From: an uncultured Bacteroides sp.
GTDB taxonomy: Bacteria > Bacteroidota > Bacteroidia > Bacteroidales > Bacteroidaceae
Reading direction: 5' to 3'
Assembly: GCA_947074295.1 (NCBI GenBank)
Contig: CAMTPC010000004.1
Location: 3 to 64,002, forward strand
DNA: 64,000 bases
Shown here: piece after piece, positions 16,758 through 27,718 of the stretch
Layout: the number at the start of each line of letters is the position of its first letter
How positions within the stretch are numbered: position 1 is the stretch's first letter
Translations under genes and position numbers: made by a program
Notes under the pieces: generated by a model
What the model was told of the DNA's origin: nothing
The model's input: only the letters and a program-made list of their open reading frames with translations
Database searches by the model: none

Positions 16758-19613
16758 TCAGCTTCGTGATACTTGCAGACCACTATCAGACAATGACATC
16801 TCCACAAAACGCGCCAATGGATTCAAAGGATTATCCGTCAAGATACGACGAATTGCTGCAGCCGCCTGCGGATCCTTAGCCACCATATACAGATAGCCAC
16901 CTCCACCCGCTCCCGGCAATTTATAGCCCAAAGTATAATCTTTAATCTTATCAATAATCGCTTCTACAGCAGGTGGATTTGTACCACTATCCAAGGCTTT
17001 GTTTTGCGCCCAGGTCTTACCAATCAACTTACCGTATTGCTCAAAGTTTCCACGCATGATAGCTTCATTCATATCAAGTGCATGGATCTTCATCTCGTTA
17101 AGCAATCTCAAATGATCTTGTGAGTTAAGAAACATCGAGCGAACGATTTCCTGCAATATACCCTTTGCGGTTCGGGTAATACCAGTATAATATAATAAGT
17201 GACAATCACGATAATCAGGAAGTCTGAAAAGCTGTTCAGGAAGCCATCGCACCAGAGGAGTTTGATCAAATCCAGGCTTGGTTTGCAGCAGCTTCAGTCC
17301 AGAGAAAACCCCACCATACTGATCTTGCCATCCACCTCCAGTAGTAAGTAGTTGCTCCAATACCAATGTATAGCGACAAATATCATTCTTATCCCATGAT
17401 AAGCCACAGAAATCATTCAAAGCACCCAGTACTGTCGATGCCAATATAGAGCTTGTCCCCAAACCTGATCCAGCAGGGATGGCTGCCAAGAGAGTGATTT
17501 CTATCCCAGCACCAAACGCTTTCAACTGCTCCTGTAAAGACGAATATCTTTCATCAGAAAAACCTGGAACAAAACCTGCCAAAGCCAAAGCAGCTTTGGG
17601 TATCGAAAAGGGCGAACCTATTTTTTTATAATCTTGCAATTCCTCATAAGTCGTCACCACCTCGCGTGCACCCATATCGATAGATCGCATCACAATATGC
17701 AGCTCCCTACAAGGTTTCACATAAACTTGCAAAGGGGGTTGCCCGTTTAATTCGATTGCCAAATTAACCACATTGCCACCTGCATAGAGTGAATAAGGCG
17801 GTGTATCCGTCCAGCCACCTGCCACATCAATACGAACAGGGCTACGTGCCCATACTATTTGATCGGCATATACATTGAGTCGAGGTTGACTATGATTGGC
17901 ACAAACTTCGCTCAACAATCCATTGCGAAGCCAGCTAAATGCCTTTTCTTCCTCATCGGCAGCATGCGATGCTTTCGTCAACTGAGCCATACGCGCACGC
18001 AGCATTGTGTTATGCATTTGTAGCTGATGCGATTCATCTGTAGGTAGTAGTTTTGGCGCCTCCAATTCGAGAGCCACCATTTCGCGCGCAGCATCTTCTA
18101 AGTCGAGCTGATAAAATATACTTTTCTCATAATTAGCAGATAAGGCCTGCCAATTTTGACGGCGAAATCCTTCACGCTGTTTATAAAGCCTTTTCAGATT
18201 GGCGTTTGCAGATATTCCATCGGCCGATGTTTTAGGCAACCTCATCCATAAGGCTTTCCCTTCTGATAAGTCAGGCTCTGCAGTCATCCAACGCACCAAT
18301 AGACCTAACTCGTCTATCGATGTGGTGATGGGAAAAATTGCAGCTGCTTGTAAGTCGCTCTTATCTCCTTCAATGCAGTTTAGTTCCAATCCGCGTCGTT
18401 GCAACCATTCGGCAACAGCTATTCCTGTAAAGGTAGTAGCATTATCAGCCAGATCCCCTTTAAACACATCATCTATGCCATAAGGACGAGCCACGTAGGC
18501 TGTTTCTCCGATGGGTACTATATCAATACAAATATGCGAAGGCACGGTGATCTCCCAATCGTTCGTAGGTACACCAGTTATGATCTGTTGTGAGCCCAGC
18601 TTCCAGTCTTTTCCTATGCAACTATTCTCAATCCAGATAAACTCATTACCTTGTGTAAAAGCAATATCTGTTAAAGCATTTTGTACAAAAATGCCTGGAC
18701 TAGGCTTTACTTTTTTGTGCATGATAACACGCTGATCACGTACTTTTTGCTGCACAGCCAAAGTTGAACTAATCAGTTCACGGCTAGTTCCGTAATGGTA
18801 GAACTCACAACCGGGCAACGGCAATATAGCCACAGACAATTTATTGATTTCTTCGTCCACTATTTCCGGATTAGTACCCAGCGCTTTTCCAAAATCGGAA
18901 TAAAGGTCATAATATACCATTTCGCCCGTATCACTATTCACCGAACGCTTCATCAGCAACTCGATAGCACGATCACTTAGCACCCATACACCAATATCCA
19001 TCGAAAACAGATGCGTTTTGGCTAGCTGCTCCAGCTGATTGATTGATGGCTTTTGAAGCATAAAGTCCAGAGTTTCGGGTGTATCGCGATGAGCCACAAA
19101 AACACCATGTCGAGTAGCCAACGCCGGGCTTACCCATGAGGAATAGCAGACCACATCCACATCAGGCATAGAAGGCAATGTTTCCTCTGAACGAAGATAA
19201 ACGTCACCACTAGCAATCAATGTATTAAGTCGAGCCGGAGCTTGTTTCATTATCTTCTCATATAAAGGCAACTGTAGGGATAAGAGATTCTGCCCTAAAC
19301 GCTGTCCACGTTCCCAGCAAAAAATAGGAATGGGGGTCAACACCTTACCCGAAGGTGCATAGCTAGGCAATCGACGACTTTGACCACCGGCATGGAGCAA
19401 TATTCTTTTCTCCTGACCTAGCCATTCGTGCAATTCTTTACCATCCGTATATTCGGCATTAAAGCATGATTCTAATAACCAAGTAGTTCCCCCACCCGAA
19501 CCTAGTTTTTTGTCTATAGGATCAGAGGTGCAATAATAGTCTTTACGACTTAATTTTTCTATTTCATTAAAGCTATCCACTAGATTGGGCGGTAGGGAGA
19601 GGAGTTTCTTCAT
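16758..19613 (-). CDS. fkp: Bifunctional L-fucokinase / GDP-L-fucose pyrophosphorylase
   Basis: KLGSGGGT, HAGGQSRRLP, RIDVAGGWTDTPP, GHMP motif PAGSGLGTSS, GGWQDQ, GAGGGG; 951 aa. Confidence 0.96.
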   Translation of the reverse strand: MKKLLSLPPNLVDSFNEIEKLSRKDYYCTSDPIDKKLGSGGGTTWLLESCFNAEYTDGKELHEWLGQEKRILLHAGGQSRRLPSYAPSGKVLTPIPIFCWERGQRLGQNLLSLQLPLYEKIMKQAPARLNTLIASGDVYLRSEETLPSMPDVDVVCYSSWVSPALATRHGVFVAHRDTPETLDFMLQKPSINQLEQLAKTHLFSMDIGVWVLSDRAIELLMKRSVNSDTGEMVYYDLYSDFGKALGTNPEIVDEEINKLSVAILPLPGCEFYHYGTSRELISSTLAVQQKVRDQRVIMHKKVKPSPGIFVQNALTDIAFTQGNEFIWIENSCIGKDWKLGSQQIITGVPTNDWEITVPSHICIDIVPIGETAYVARPYGIDDVFKGDLADNATTFTGIAVAEWLQRRGLELNCIEGDKSDLQAAAIFPITTSIDELGLLVRWMTAEPDLSEGKALWMRLPKTSADGISANANLKRLYKQREGFRRQNWQALSANYEKSIFYQLDLEDAAREMVALELEAPKLLPTDESHQLQMHNTMLRARMAQLTKASHAADEEEKAFSWLRNGLLSEVCANHSQPRLNVYADQIVWARSPVRIDVAGGWTDTPPYSLYAGGNVVNLAIELNGQPPLQVYVKPCRELHIVMRSIDMGAREVVTTYEELQDYKKIGSPFSIPKAALALAGFVPGFSDERYSSLQEQLKAFGAGIEITLLAAIPAGSGLGTSSILASTVLGALNDFCGLSWDKNDICRYTLVLEQLLTTGGGWQDQYGGVFSGLKLLQTKPGFDQTPLVRWLPEQLFRLPDYRDCHLLYYTGITRTAKGILQEIVRSMFLNSQDHLRLLNEMKIHALDMNEAIMRGNFEQYGKLIGKTWAQNKALDSGTNPPAVEAIIDKIKDYTLGYKLPGAGGGGYLYMVAKDPQAAAAIRRILTDNPLNPLARFVEMSLSDSGLQVSRS

Positions 19614-19983
19614 GATTATATTGTCTATTTATAGTTTTTCAAAGCTGATTATTAAATATGAAGGCAAAAATAAAAAAGGGTTCATCGCAAAACAAACTTT
19701 ATTGTCAGGATTTCAAATAAATATCGGCACATACTTTTAGATTTTTGTTTTAGATGGAAAACAACATTTAAAATATAGACCAGACAACAATGCTAAAATC
19801 TTAAAAATAGAACATCGGCATCAAAATCAAAGCTGATATACAACCCAAGAGCTTTATATATATTTATTAAGATATATAAACATCATTAGGAATATTATTG
19901 TTATCTTTCGGGCGTTTATTCACATTATATTGCTTTTTACTCAATAATAAGATGATAAAGCAACAAATTTAATAAGTACAATC

Positions 19984-22803
19984 ATGAGAAGTTTCTTTTA
20001 TCTAAACCGCATGCGATATATTAAAAATACACTATTAACTATATCCTTCCTAATCACTTGTAGTTTGCTCAACGCACAAAAAATAAGTGGCTATATTTAT
20101 TCCTATACCAACAACGAACCACTGATAGGTGTAAATGTCTATTATAAATATAAGGATAAGACCACCGGTACCATTTCGAACATCGATGGATATTATGAAT
20201 TATCGATGCCCAACAATAATGTTTATGTAGTGTTCAGCTATATTGGCTATGACAGCCAGCAAATCTTAGTAAATGCCCGACAGGGCTATAACCTCAACCA
20301 AAACATTTATCTTAAGCCACAAAGCACGTTGATGGACGAGGTGGTGGTAAGCGCCAGTCGCTACGAACAAAAGCTCTGCGATCTTACTGTTTCGATGCAT
20401 GTACTCAAGTCAAATGAGATAACCAATCAGAGCGCTAAAGACCTTTCGTATATTCTCAATAATCTTCCGGGAGTAGATGTCACAGATAAGCAACCCTCAA
20501 TACGCGGAGGCAGCGGATGGACATATGGCGTGGGCAGCCGTAGCATGATTCTCGTAGATGGAATGTCCGTATTAACACCCGGCAATGGAGAAATCAACTG
20601 GAACACGATTCCTATGGAAAACATAGAACAAGTGGAAGTGTTAAAAGGAGCATCTTCGGTACTTTATGGCTCTTCGGCCCTAAACGGCCTCATCAATGTA
20701 CGTACCGCTCGTCCAGGACTAGATCCACAAACCAAGATCAACGTATATGGTGGTGTTTATGGTAAGCCAGCGCAAGATAGCTATGCATGGTGGAGCAAAA
20801 GCTACTGGGACGGCGACCAACATCCCGTAAGACCCATGATGCGACAATACATTGTCCAGAATCTCGACCACCCCATCTATGACGGGGTAGATGTGTCACA
20901 CACACGTCGCATCAATCATTTGGATTTTAGTCTAGGATTTAATTTTTTCAATGATGAAGGATACCGACTAGGTGACTATAACACTCGTTTTCGCGTAGGT
21001 GGTAATATGACCTATCATGATCCTAAAATACAAGGACTGAATTATGGTCTTAATTTTAATTATCTCTGGAATAACTATGGAGGTTTTTTCATTTGGCGTT
21101 CGCCCGAACAAGCCTACAATCCCTCGCCTATGGCCAATATGGGCAGAAAAGGGAACACATTTTATGTGGATCCATTTGCTAGCTATAGCGATGCGGAGAA
21201 CAATACAATTCATCGCGTTAAAGCGCGCTATTATAGAAAGAAAGACAAAATCGTGAAAAGCCAAACGGGCACCAACCCGTTCGAATTACTCGACAATATG
21301 GGATATGATTTCGACAAAACGGCAGATCTAATTAATCTGATCCAAAACCCCAGTTCCCTAGCCATCAAATTCTTACCTTATATCCTGAAAAAGGATTATG
21401 TGGGTCTAGCCAACAGCGCACTCGGAATGCTGGGAGAGTATTTTCCTACTGCCACCAACCCCGATTACATTGATCTGATTTCGCTTATCATGAACAATAC
21501 GCCTCTTCCTTCTAGTCAAGATGAACTTTTACCTTGGTTGAGCGATATCAATAACAATCAGTCTGGTATGATTCCTTCAAATACTACCTCATCAGCGTAT
21601 GTTGATTATCAGTTTAACAAAAGTTTTAATACAGCCCAAATCACTACTGGGCTGACTTACGAACATGTACAAGCCGATGCAGAAGCTGCAGGCAAGCATA
21701 GAAGTAACAATGCTGCACTTTTCTTTCAGTATGACGACAAATTCTTCGAACGCCTCAACATTTCGTTGGGAGTTCGCTTAGAATATTATAGCGTGGATAG
21801 CTATAAGAAGGAAGCGAAAACTGATATTTTTGGCGTTGAAGTTCCCTTTAGACCCCTATTCAGAGGGGGGATTAACTACCAACTAGCCGACTACACTTTT
21901 CTTCGTGGCTCATTCGGACAAGGCTATCGTTATCCATCTATAGTGGAAAAATATGTATTCAAGAATATCGGTGGAGTAGCAGCCTACCCCAACCCCGATT
22001 TAAAAGCGGAAAGTGGCTATAGTGCCGAGATAGGTATCAAGCAAGGATATCGCTTAGGTCCCGTTCAGGGGTTTGTTGACGTAGCAGGGTTCTACACTCG
22101 CTACAAGAACATGATTGAATTCCGTTTTGGTTTGTTCAACACTGAGACTTATGCCTATATAGATAATCTTTCGAATATGCTTAGCATGATAACCAATGGC
22201 GTGATGCCAGGCATCGGTGCACAATTTATTAATGTAGCCGATGCCAGTATAATGGGTTTTGACATTTCCACAAACGGAGTATGCCAATTTAACAGTAATG
22301 CGACATTGATGTACTCTTTAGGTTATGTATTCGTCGATCCTAAAGACAAAAACTCAGATAAATTAAATGCACAGGAGGACGCCAATGATGATATATTGGC
22401 CATTAAGTCGAAATCTAATCGTTCGGATTTTCTGAAATATCGACAGAAACATTCTTTAAAAGGGGGATTGGATTTTCAATGGAAAAGGCTTACTCTTGGT
22501 GGTAATTTCACATGGAAAAGTAAAGTGCTGGCTACTGACTACTTCTTGATTGATGAACGTGATAAAACTAGTGAAGATATTATGGATGTGGTTCGCTCAT
22601 TGATATTCGGAGATCTGAATACATACTGGAAAGATCACAACAAAGGCTATTTTACGATGGACTTGCGCATGGGAGTAGATTTGACCAAGAATATTCGCTT
22701 CCAGTTTCAGGTGAACAATGTTTTGAATAAAGAGTATTCGGCACGCCCTATGGATGTGGCTGCACCTCGAACTTATATCGGCAGATTTAACTTCAACTTT
22801 TAA
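19984..22803 (+). CDS. TonB-dependent receptor (no SusD partner)
   Basis: Signal peptide, CarboxypepD-like N-domain (FSYIGY), EVVVSA TonB box region, plug IEQVEVLKGASSVLYGS, C-terminal F; true start may be the second Met. Confidence 0.92.
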   Translation: MRSFFYLNRMRYIKNTLLTISFLITCSLLNAQKISGYIYSYTNNEPLIGVNVYYKYKDKTTGTISNIDGYYELSMPNNNVYVVFSYIGYDSQQILVNARQGYNLNQNIYLKPQSTLMDEVVVSASRYEQKLCDLTVSMHVLKSNEITNQSAKDLSYILNNLPGVDVTDKQPSIRGGSGWTYGVGSRSMILVDGMSVLTPGNGEINWNTIPMENIEQVEVLKGASSVLYGSSALNGLINVRTARPGLDPQTKINVYGGVYGKPAQDSYAWWSKSYWDGDQHPVRPMMRQYIVQNLDHPIYDGVDVSHTRRINHLDFSLGFNFFNDEGYRLGDYNTRFRVGGNMTYHDPKIQGLNYGLNFNYLWNNYGGFFIWRSPEQAYNPSPMANMGRKGNTFYVDPFASYSDAENNTIHRVKARYYRKKDKIVKSQTGTNPFELLDNMGYDFDKTADLINLIQNPSSLAIKFLPYILKKDYVGLANSALGMLGEYFPTATNPDYIDLISLIMNNTPLPSSQDELLPWLSDINNNQSGMIPSNTTSSAYVDYQFNKSFNTAQITTGLTYEHVQADAEAAGKHRSNNAALFFQYDDKFFERLNISLGVRLEYYSVDSYKKEAKTDIFGVEVPFRPLFRGGINYQLADYTFLRGSFGQGYRYPSIVEKYVFKNIGGVAAYPNPDLKAESGYSAEIGIKQGYRLGPVQGFVDVAGFYTRYKNMIEFRFGLFNTETYAYIDNLSNMLSMITNGVMPGIGAQFINVADASIMGFDISTNGVCQFNSNATLMYSLGYVFVDPKDKNSDKLNAQEDANDDILAIKSKSNRSDFLKYRQKHSLKGGLDFQWKRLTLGGNFTWKSKVLATDYFLIDERDKTSEDIMDVVRSLIFGDLNTYWKDHNKGYFTMDLRMGVDLTKNIRFQFQVNNVLNKEYSARPMDVAAPRTYIGRFNFNF

Positions 22804-22827
22804 ATAACGCTTATCTTTCTTCTTATA

Positions 22828-22868
22828 GGGAGTGCATGTTAAGATTCGTCTTCATGCACTCTTTTTTT
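22828..22868 (+). terminator. Intrinsic terminator after the TonB receptor
   Basis: GGGAGTGCATG..CATGCACTCT followed by a T-tract. Confidence 0.8.
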
Positions 22869-22994
22869 GCTCGTCCATGAACAACACTTCCACAATAACC
22901 TTATATATAATGATATTGAAGCCAATAATATGAGAATTGTACTTTGGCAAGAGAAGAATATCTGACCCGCTACCACCCCTATCCGAACAATAGT

Positions 22995-23063
22995 ATGAGT
23001 AAGGCTAATTGGGAAATAGATTGGGGCTACTCAACACGGTAGGCAGGGTTGGTCAGCACAGCC
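22995..23063. repeat. Second degenerate copy of the 22-bp repeat family
   Basis: GATTGGGGCTACTCAACACGG / AGGCAGGGTTGGTCAGCACAG resemble GACTAGGGCTA.TCAGCA units at 896-966. Confidence 0.4.
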
Positions 23064-23123
23064 ATAAAGGCAGGTTGAAAAAGAGGTGGTATAAGACATA
23101 ATATAAATCTATAATAGAAGAAT

Positions 23124-23900
23124 ATGAATACAACAGTTCAATTAATCAATTTAGTAGCTGAGACTATAACTTGCAATGGTGATTTCGCCATCCTGAGCTA
23201 TGATGAAAAAATAAAGTTCTTACAAGAACTACCTAATGGGCATCTTATCGTATTCACCCCAGAAACTCCTTCGAACAAGATTATAATGATGTGTCCTGGT
23301 GGTGGATTATCCCATATCAATGTGGGGCATGAGGGTTATGATGCAGCGACTTGGTTCAATGAGAGAGGCTTTACTTTTGCTATCTTGAAATATCGATTTC
23401 CAAACGAAATTGCTGATGGGCCATTGCAAGATACTGCAAAAGCATTATCATTGATAGAAAGGAACTATCCCGAACGTCCGCTAAAAGGTATCATGGGTGC
23501 ATCGGTAGGAGGTTATCTGGCTGCATATACCGCAACTGTCAACAAAGTTGATTTTCAGATTCTGATGTATCCCGTCTTGAGTATGCGCGATGAATATACA
23601 CATATACCTACACGCGAGAAATTATTTGGTAAAGAATTGACTGAAGAGGAAAAGAGCAACAAGTCCATGGAAATGCAAGTAAATGATAATACACCACCAA
23701 CCTTCTTAGTAGCCGCCGCCAATGATCCTATCGTACCGCCGCAAAGTAGCTGCCTTTATGGAGAGAAGCTATTAGTGCAGCACAAATCCCTATCATTGCA
23801 TATTTACCCCGAAGGTGGACATAGTTTCGGATTCAATGCATTTGCATTCAAAAAAAGCTGGTTAGATGAATTGAATACATGGTTATCGCTTTGGCCCTAA
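23124..23900 (+). CDS. Alpha/beta hydrolase (esterase, BD-FAE/xylan-esterase-like)
   Basis: CPGGG oxyanion region, GASVG nucleophile, NDPIV Asp, GGHSFG His. Confidence 0.85.
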   Translation: MNTTVQLINLVAETITCNGDFAILSYDEKIKFLQELPNGHLIVFTPETPSNKIIMMCPGGGLSHINVGHEGYDAATWFNERGFTFAILKYRFPNEIADGPLQDTAKALSLIERNYPERPLKGIMGASVGGYLAAYTATVNKVDFQILMYPVLSMRDEYTHIPTREKLFGKELTEEEKSNKSMEMQVNDNTPPTFLVAAANDPIVPPQSSCLYGEKLLVQHKSLSLHIYPEGGHSFGFNAFAFKKSWLDELNTWLSLWP

Positions 23901-24046
23901 TCATAATCGGATATATTGACCAATATCTTTCACGTTTGGAAAAAGCAACAAATTAATTATTTCGAAAACAAAAGATCATTTATAACGTTAAAAACATATA
24001 TTCATATAATTTTGCAAAAAAATAAAGCCAATTTTAATATCATTCA

Positions 24047-25198
24047 ATGATGAAGCGTAAAACCCTTAATATATTAATTGCATTACTTTTTACAGTTCCA
24101 AGCTACGCACAGCAAGAGACCATTGACCTTGAACCGCTAAGAAGTGATACAGGTATAGAACATAAACAAGGAGGGTTTATAGGCTTCGTGGGCAAAGTCT
24201 TAGATTGGTTTAGTGATTATGATACGACCTATGTGTCACCCAATAAATATAAGTATGCTTTAATGGTGGATCATTATACCAACTATGAATTTTATACTAT
24301 CCGAAGCAGCAAGCCCAATAAGCAGAAAATACGTTTCTCACCCAACCCTCATAACAAGATAGGCTTGTATTTTGGATGGCAAATCTTTTTTATTGGATGG
24401 TCTATTGATATAAACGACCTAGGCAAGCACACCAATGGCAGTAATAAAGGTACTGATTTTGAGCTGAGTCTTTATAGTGCTAAAATCGGAGTAGACCTCT
24501 ACTACCGCCGTACTAGTAATGATTATAAGATTCATAAGCTAAGTGGCTTCCCTAGCGATGTGCCCAAAGACTATGCAGTGCACTTTCGCGGCTTGAAAGT
24601 CGATATGAAAGGGATCAATATCTTCTATGTACTCAACAATCGAAAATTCTCTTATCCAGCAGCCTACAGTCAATCGACTAATCAGCGTCGCAACGCTGGT
24701 TCATTTATTGCCGGTTTCTCATTTACAAAGCATAATCTACATTTTGATTATGACAAATTGCCCCTTATCATCCAAATGAATATGAATCCCGAGATGAAGG
24801 TGAACCACATAAAATATCAGAACTACGGCATCAATTTCGGTTATGCCTATAACTGGGTGTTTGCTCGCAACTTCCTGGCCGACCTTTCTATCAGTCCCGA
24901 GCTTTCATATAATGTATCCCGAATAGAAAGCGAAGATGTCTCCAATAATGATTGGGACAATCGATTGAAAGTAGACTTCATACTTAGAGCTGGTATCGTT
25001 TACAATAATAGTAAATGGTATGGAGGTGCATGTTTTGTAGGCCGCACGTTTGATTTCAGCCAACGACATTTTAACCTAAACAATGGTTTTGGTACGTTGC
25101 AAGTGTATGTAGGTTTCAACTTTGGTTTGAAGAAAGAGTATAAAGAGGCAAAAGAGAAAGCGAAACTTAACCATAGAGAGCATACGTATCTATATTAA
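24047..25198 (+). CDS. DUF4421-like outer-membrane beta-barrel protein
   Basis: Signal peptide, DT.Y..PN.Y, N.RKFSYPAAYSQST.QRR.AGS, GYAYNWV. Confidence 0.8.
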   Translation: MMKRKTLNILIALLFTVPSYAQQETIDLEPLRSDTGIEHKQGGFIGFVGKVLDWFSDYDTTYVSPNKYKYALMVDHYTNYEFYTIRSSKPNKQKIRFSPNPHNKIGLYFGWQIFFIGWSIDINDLGKHTNGSNKGTDFELSLYSAKIGVDLYYRRTSNDYKIHKLSGFPSDVPKDYAVHFRGLKVDMKGINIFYVLNNRKFSYPAAYSQSTNQRRNAGSFIAGFSFTKHNLHFDYDKLPLIIQMNMNPEMKVNHIKYQNYGINFGYAYNWVFARNFLADLSISPELSYNVSRIESEDVSNNDWDNRLKVDFILRAGIVYNNSKWYGGACFVGRTFDFSQRHFNLNNGFGTLQVYVGFNFGLKKEYKEAKEKAKLNHREHTYLY

Positions 25199-25272
25199 GG
25201 GGATTGTATGCAGCCAACTTGCCAATAGATAAAATAAATCAGCAATTTTGAATGATTTCTAGAGTTTCTTCT

Positions 25273-25280
25273 TATTTTTG
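25273..25280 (+). promoter_or_regulatory. Sigma-A -7 box of the biotin operon
   Basis: TATTTTTG, with TTTG at 25247-25250; lies upstream of the leader ATG at 25310. Confidence 0.6.
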
Positions 25281-25309
25281 CGGACAATAGTTTTAATAGC
25301 TTGGTCTGC

Positions 25310-27718
25310 ATGAAGAACAACATTCATAAACAATCTCCTTCTTTTTTGCGCTTCAGACAATGGAGTCGAAAGAACTATGCCTCTTTTGTGAGCATAGGCC
25401 GAGAAGTGACCATAGGACAACTACACTATCAACTTACAGATTGTTCGCTGGCCAAGCAAAATGCCTTTCATAAACACTTATCACATATTCTTATGACAAT
25501 TAACGACTTGAAAAGTCGGGTGCTTACTGGTGGAGAAATTACTCCAGAAGAAGCTGCTTGGCTGGCTCTATATGCGTGTCGTGAGGAGCTCTATGCAGCT
25601 GCACATGAGATAACGCATCAGTGCGCTTCGCGCGAATTTGACATGTGCTCCATCATCAACGCCAAATCGGGCAAATGTCCCGAAAATTGCAAATGGTGCG
25701 CACAATCTTCCCACTATAAAACAAAAGCCGATGTATATGATCTAGTATCGGCAGATGAATGCCTCAGACAGGCTTCTTACAATGAAAATCAGGGTATCAC
25801 CCGTTTCTCGCTCGTCACCAGTGGACGAAAACCCAACTCCAAACAGCTCGCTCAACTTTGCTACACTACGCGTCATCTTCGCAAAAACAGCTCCATCCAA
25901 CTTTGTGCTTCTCTGGGTCTACTTACTAAAGATGAGTTGCAAGATCTCTTCGATGCTGGTATCACTCGCTATCATTGCAACCTGGAAACTGCACCATCTT
26001 ATTTCGGTGAACTGTGCACCACGCACACGCAAGAACAAAAGCTAGAAACACTAGCAGCCGCCCGCGAAGTGGGTATGGATATTTGCTGCGGTGGTATAAT
26101 CGGTATGGGTGAATCCCTCGAACAGCGCATAGAATTTGCCTTCACCCTACGTGATCTCAATGTAGGTTCTATACCTATCAATCTACTAAGCCCCATCGAA
26201 GGGACCCCTCTTGAAGGACAATCCTTGTTGAGCGATGAAGATGTTTTGACTACAATCGCGCTGTTCCGTTTTATCAATCCCAAAGCCTATTTACGTTTTG
26301 CTGGTGGCCGTGCACAATTATCTGCCGATACCATGAAACGCGCCCTCTATGTGGGCATCAACTCGGCTATCGTGGGCGATCTGCTGACCACAATCGGATC
26401 TAAGGTAGACGAAGACAAAGAGATGATTCTCGACGAAGGTTATGAACTGCCTGTATCGGGTTTTGACCGAGAACATTTGTGGCATCCCTATACCTCTACC
26501 ACCAATCCACTACCCGTGTACAAAGTAGAAAGTGCCGAAAGGTGTACCATCACCCTAAGCAATGGACAGCGACTAATAGAAGGAATGTCATCATGGTGGT
26601 GTGCCATTCATGGATACAACCACCCTGTATTGAACAAGTCCATAGAGGAGCAAACCAAGAAGATGGCGCATGTGATGTTTGGTGGTCTGACTCACGATCC
26701 GGCAATCGAGTTGGGTAAGTTGTTGCTTTCCATCGCGCCACCGTCGATACAAAAGATATTTTATGCCGATTCGGGATCGGTAGCAGTAGAGGTGGCGATG
26801 AAGATGGCTGTACAATATTGGTATGCGGCTGGAAAACCCACCAAAAACAATTTTACGACGATACACAATGGCTATCATGGTGATACTTGGAATGCCATGT
26901 CTGTATGCGACCCTGTAACGGGTATGCATAGCTTGTTTGGCAGCACCCTACCCGTACGTCATTTCCTACCCCGTCCAGCATCACGCTTTGACGGAACATT
27001 TGATAGTGCTGACATTGAGCCGCTGAAAGAATTGCTAGCGGCAAAGGCCGACGAAATAGCTGCCTTCATCTTGGAGCCTATCGTGCAAGGTGCTGGCGGT
27101 ATGTGGTTCTATCATCCCGAATACATACGTCGAGCTGCCGAACTTTGTCGCCAACACGATGTGTTGCTTATTTTTGACGAAATAGCGACTGGATTCGGAC
27201 GAACTGGTAAACGCTTTGCTTGGGAACATGCTGAGGTGGAACCAGATATCATGTGTATCGGGAAAGCATTGACAGGAGGTTACATGACTCTTTCAGCTGT
27301 ACTAACTACTAATGTAGTGGCGGATATGATTTCTAATCATGCACCGGGTGTATTCATGCATGGCCCCACCTTTATGGGCAATCCATTGGCTTGTGCCGTG
27401 GCCAGCGCATCGACTCGCCTTTTCATCGAATCAAATTGGGAAGGAAATATACAACGCATTGAAGAGCAATTAAGAAAAGAGCTTGCCCCCGCATGCGAAA
27501 TGAAGGTAGTGAATGATGTCCGCATACTGGGTGCTATCGGAGTGATCGAACTAAAACAACCCGTAGACATGGCCTATATGCAACGGCGATTTGTAGAGGA
27601 GGGTATCTGGATACGTCCATTCGGACGTTTGGTATATGTGATGCCACCTTATATCATTCGAGAAGAGGAATTGACAAAACTGACTAGCGGCATGCTGAAA
27701 ATCATCAATGAGCTATGA
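25310..27718 (+). CDS. bioAB: Fused biotin synthase (radical SAM) + DAPA aminotransferase BioAB; enzyme domain begins ~25493 after a 61-codon in-frame leader
   Basis: [11 protein letters not shown] radical SAM motif, [17 protein letters not shown]; then [52 protein letters not shown]. Confidence 0.93.
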   Translation: MKNNIHKQSPSFLRFRQWSRKNYASFVSIGREVTIGQLHYQLTDCSLAKQNAFHKHLSHILMTINDLKSRVLTGGEITPEEAAWLALYACREELYAAAHEITHQCASREFDMCSIINAKSGKCPENCKWCAQSSHYKTKADVYDLVSADECLRQASYNENQGITRFSLVTSGRKPNSKQLAQLCYTTRHLRKNSSIQLCASLGLLTKDELQDLFDAGITRYHCNLETAPSYFGELCTTHTQEQKLETLAAAREVGMDICCGGIIGMGESLEQRIEFAFTLRDLNVGSIPINLLSPIEGTPLEGQSLLSDEDVLTTIALFRFINPKAYLRFAGGRAQLSADTMKRALYVGINSAIVGDLLTTIGSKVDEDKEMILDEGYELPVSGFDREHLWHPYTSTTNPLPVYKVESAERCTITLSNGQRLIEGMSSWWCAIHGYNHPVLNKSIEEQTKKMAHVMFGGLTHDPAIELGKLLLSIAPPSIQKIFYADSGSVAVEVAMKMAVQYWYAAGKPTKNNFTTIHNGYHGDTWNAMSVCDPVTGMHSLFGSTLPVRHFLPRPASRFDGTFDSADIEPLKELLAAKADEIAAFILEPIVQGAGGMWFYHPEYIRRAAELCRQHDVLLIFDEIATGFGRTGKRFAWEHAEVEPDIMCIGKALTGGYMTLSAVLTTNVVADMISNHAPGVFMHGPTFMGNPLACAVASASTRLFIESNWEGNIQRIEEQLRKELAPACEMKVVNDVRILGAIGVIELKQPVDMAYMQRRFVEEGIWIRPFGRLVYVMPPYIIREEELTKLTSGMLKIINEL

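Noticed and set aside
19620-19983. Cobalamin/TPP riboswitch before the TonB receptor
   Set aside because: The leader is short and AT-rich, with no recognisable aptamer core.
26790-26810. AMKM biotin-attachment-like motif in BioAB
   Set aside because: It is part of the normal EVA(M/L)KMA helix of BioA aminotransferases, not a biotinyl domain.
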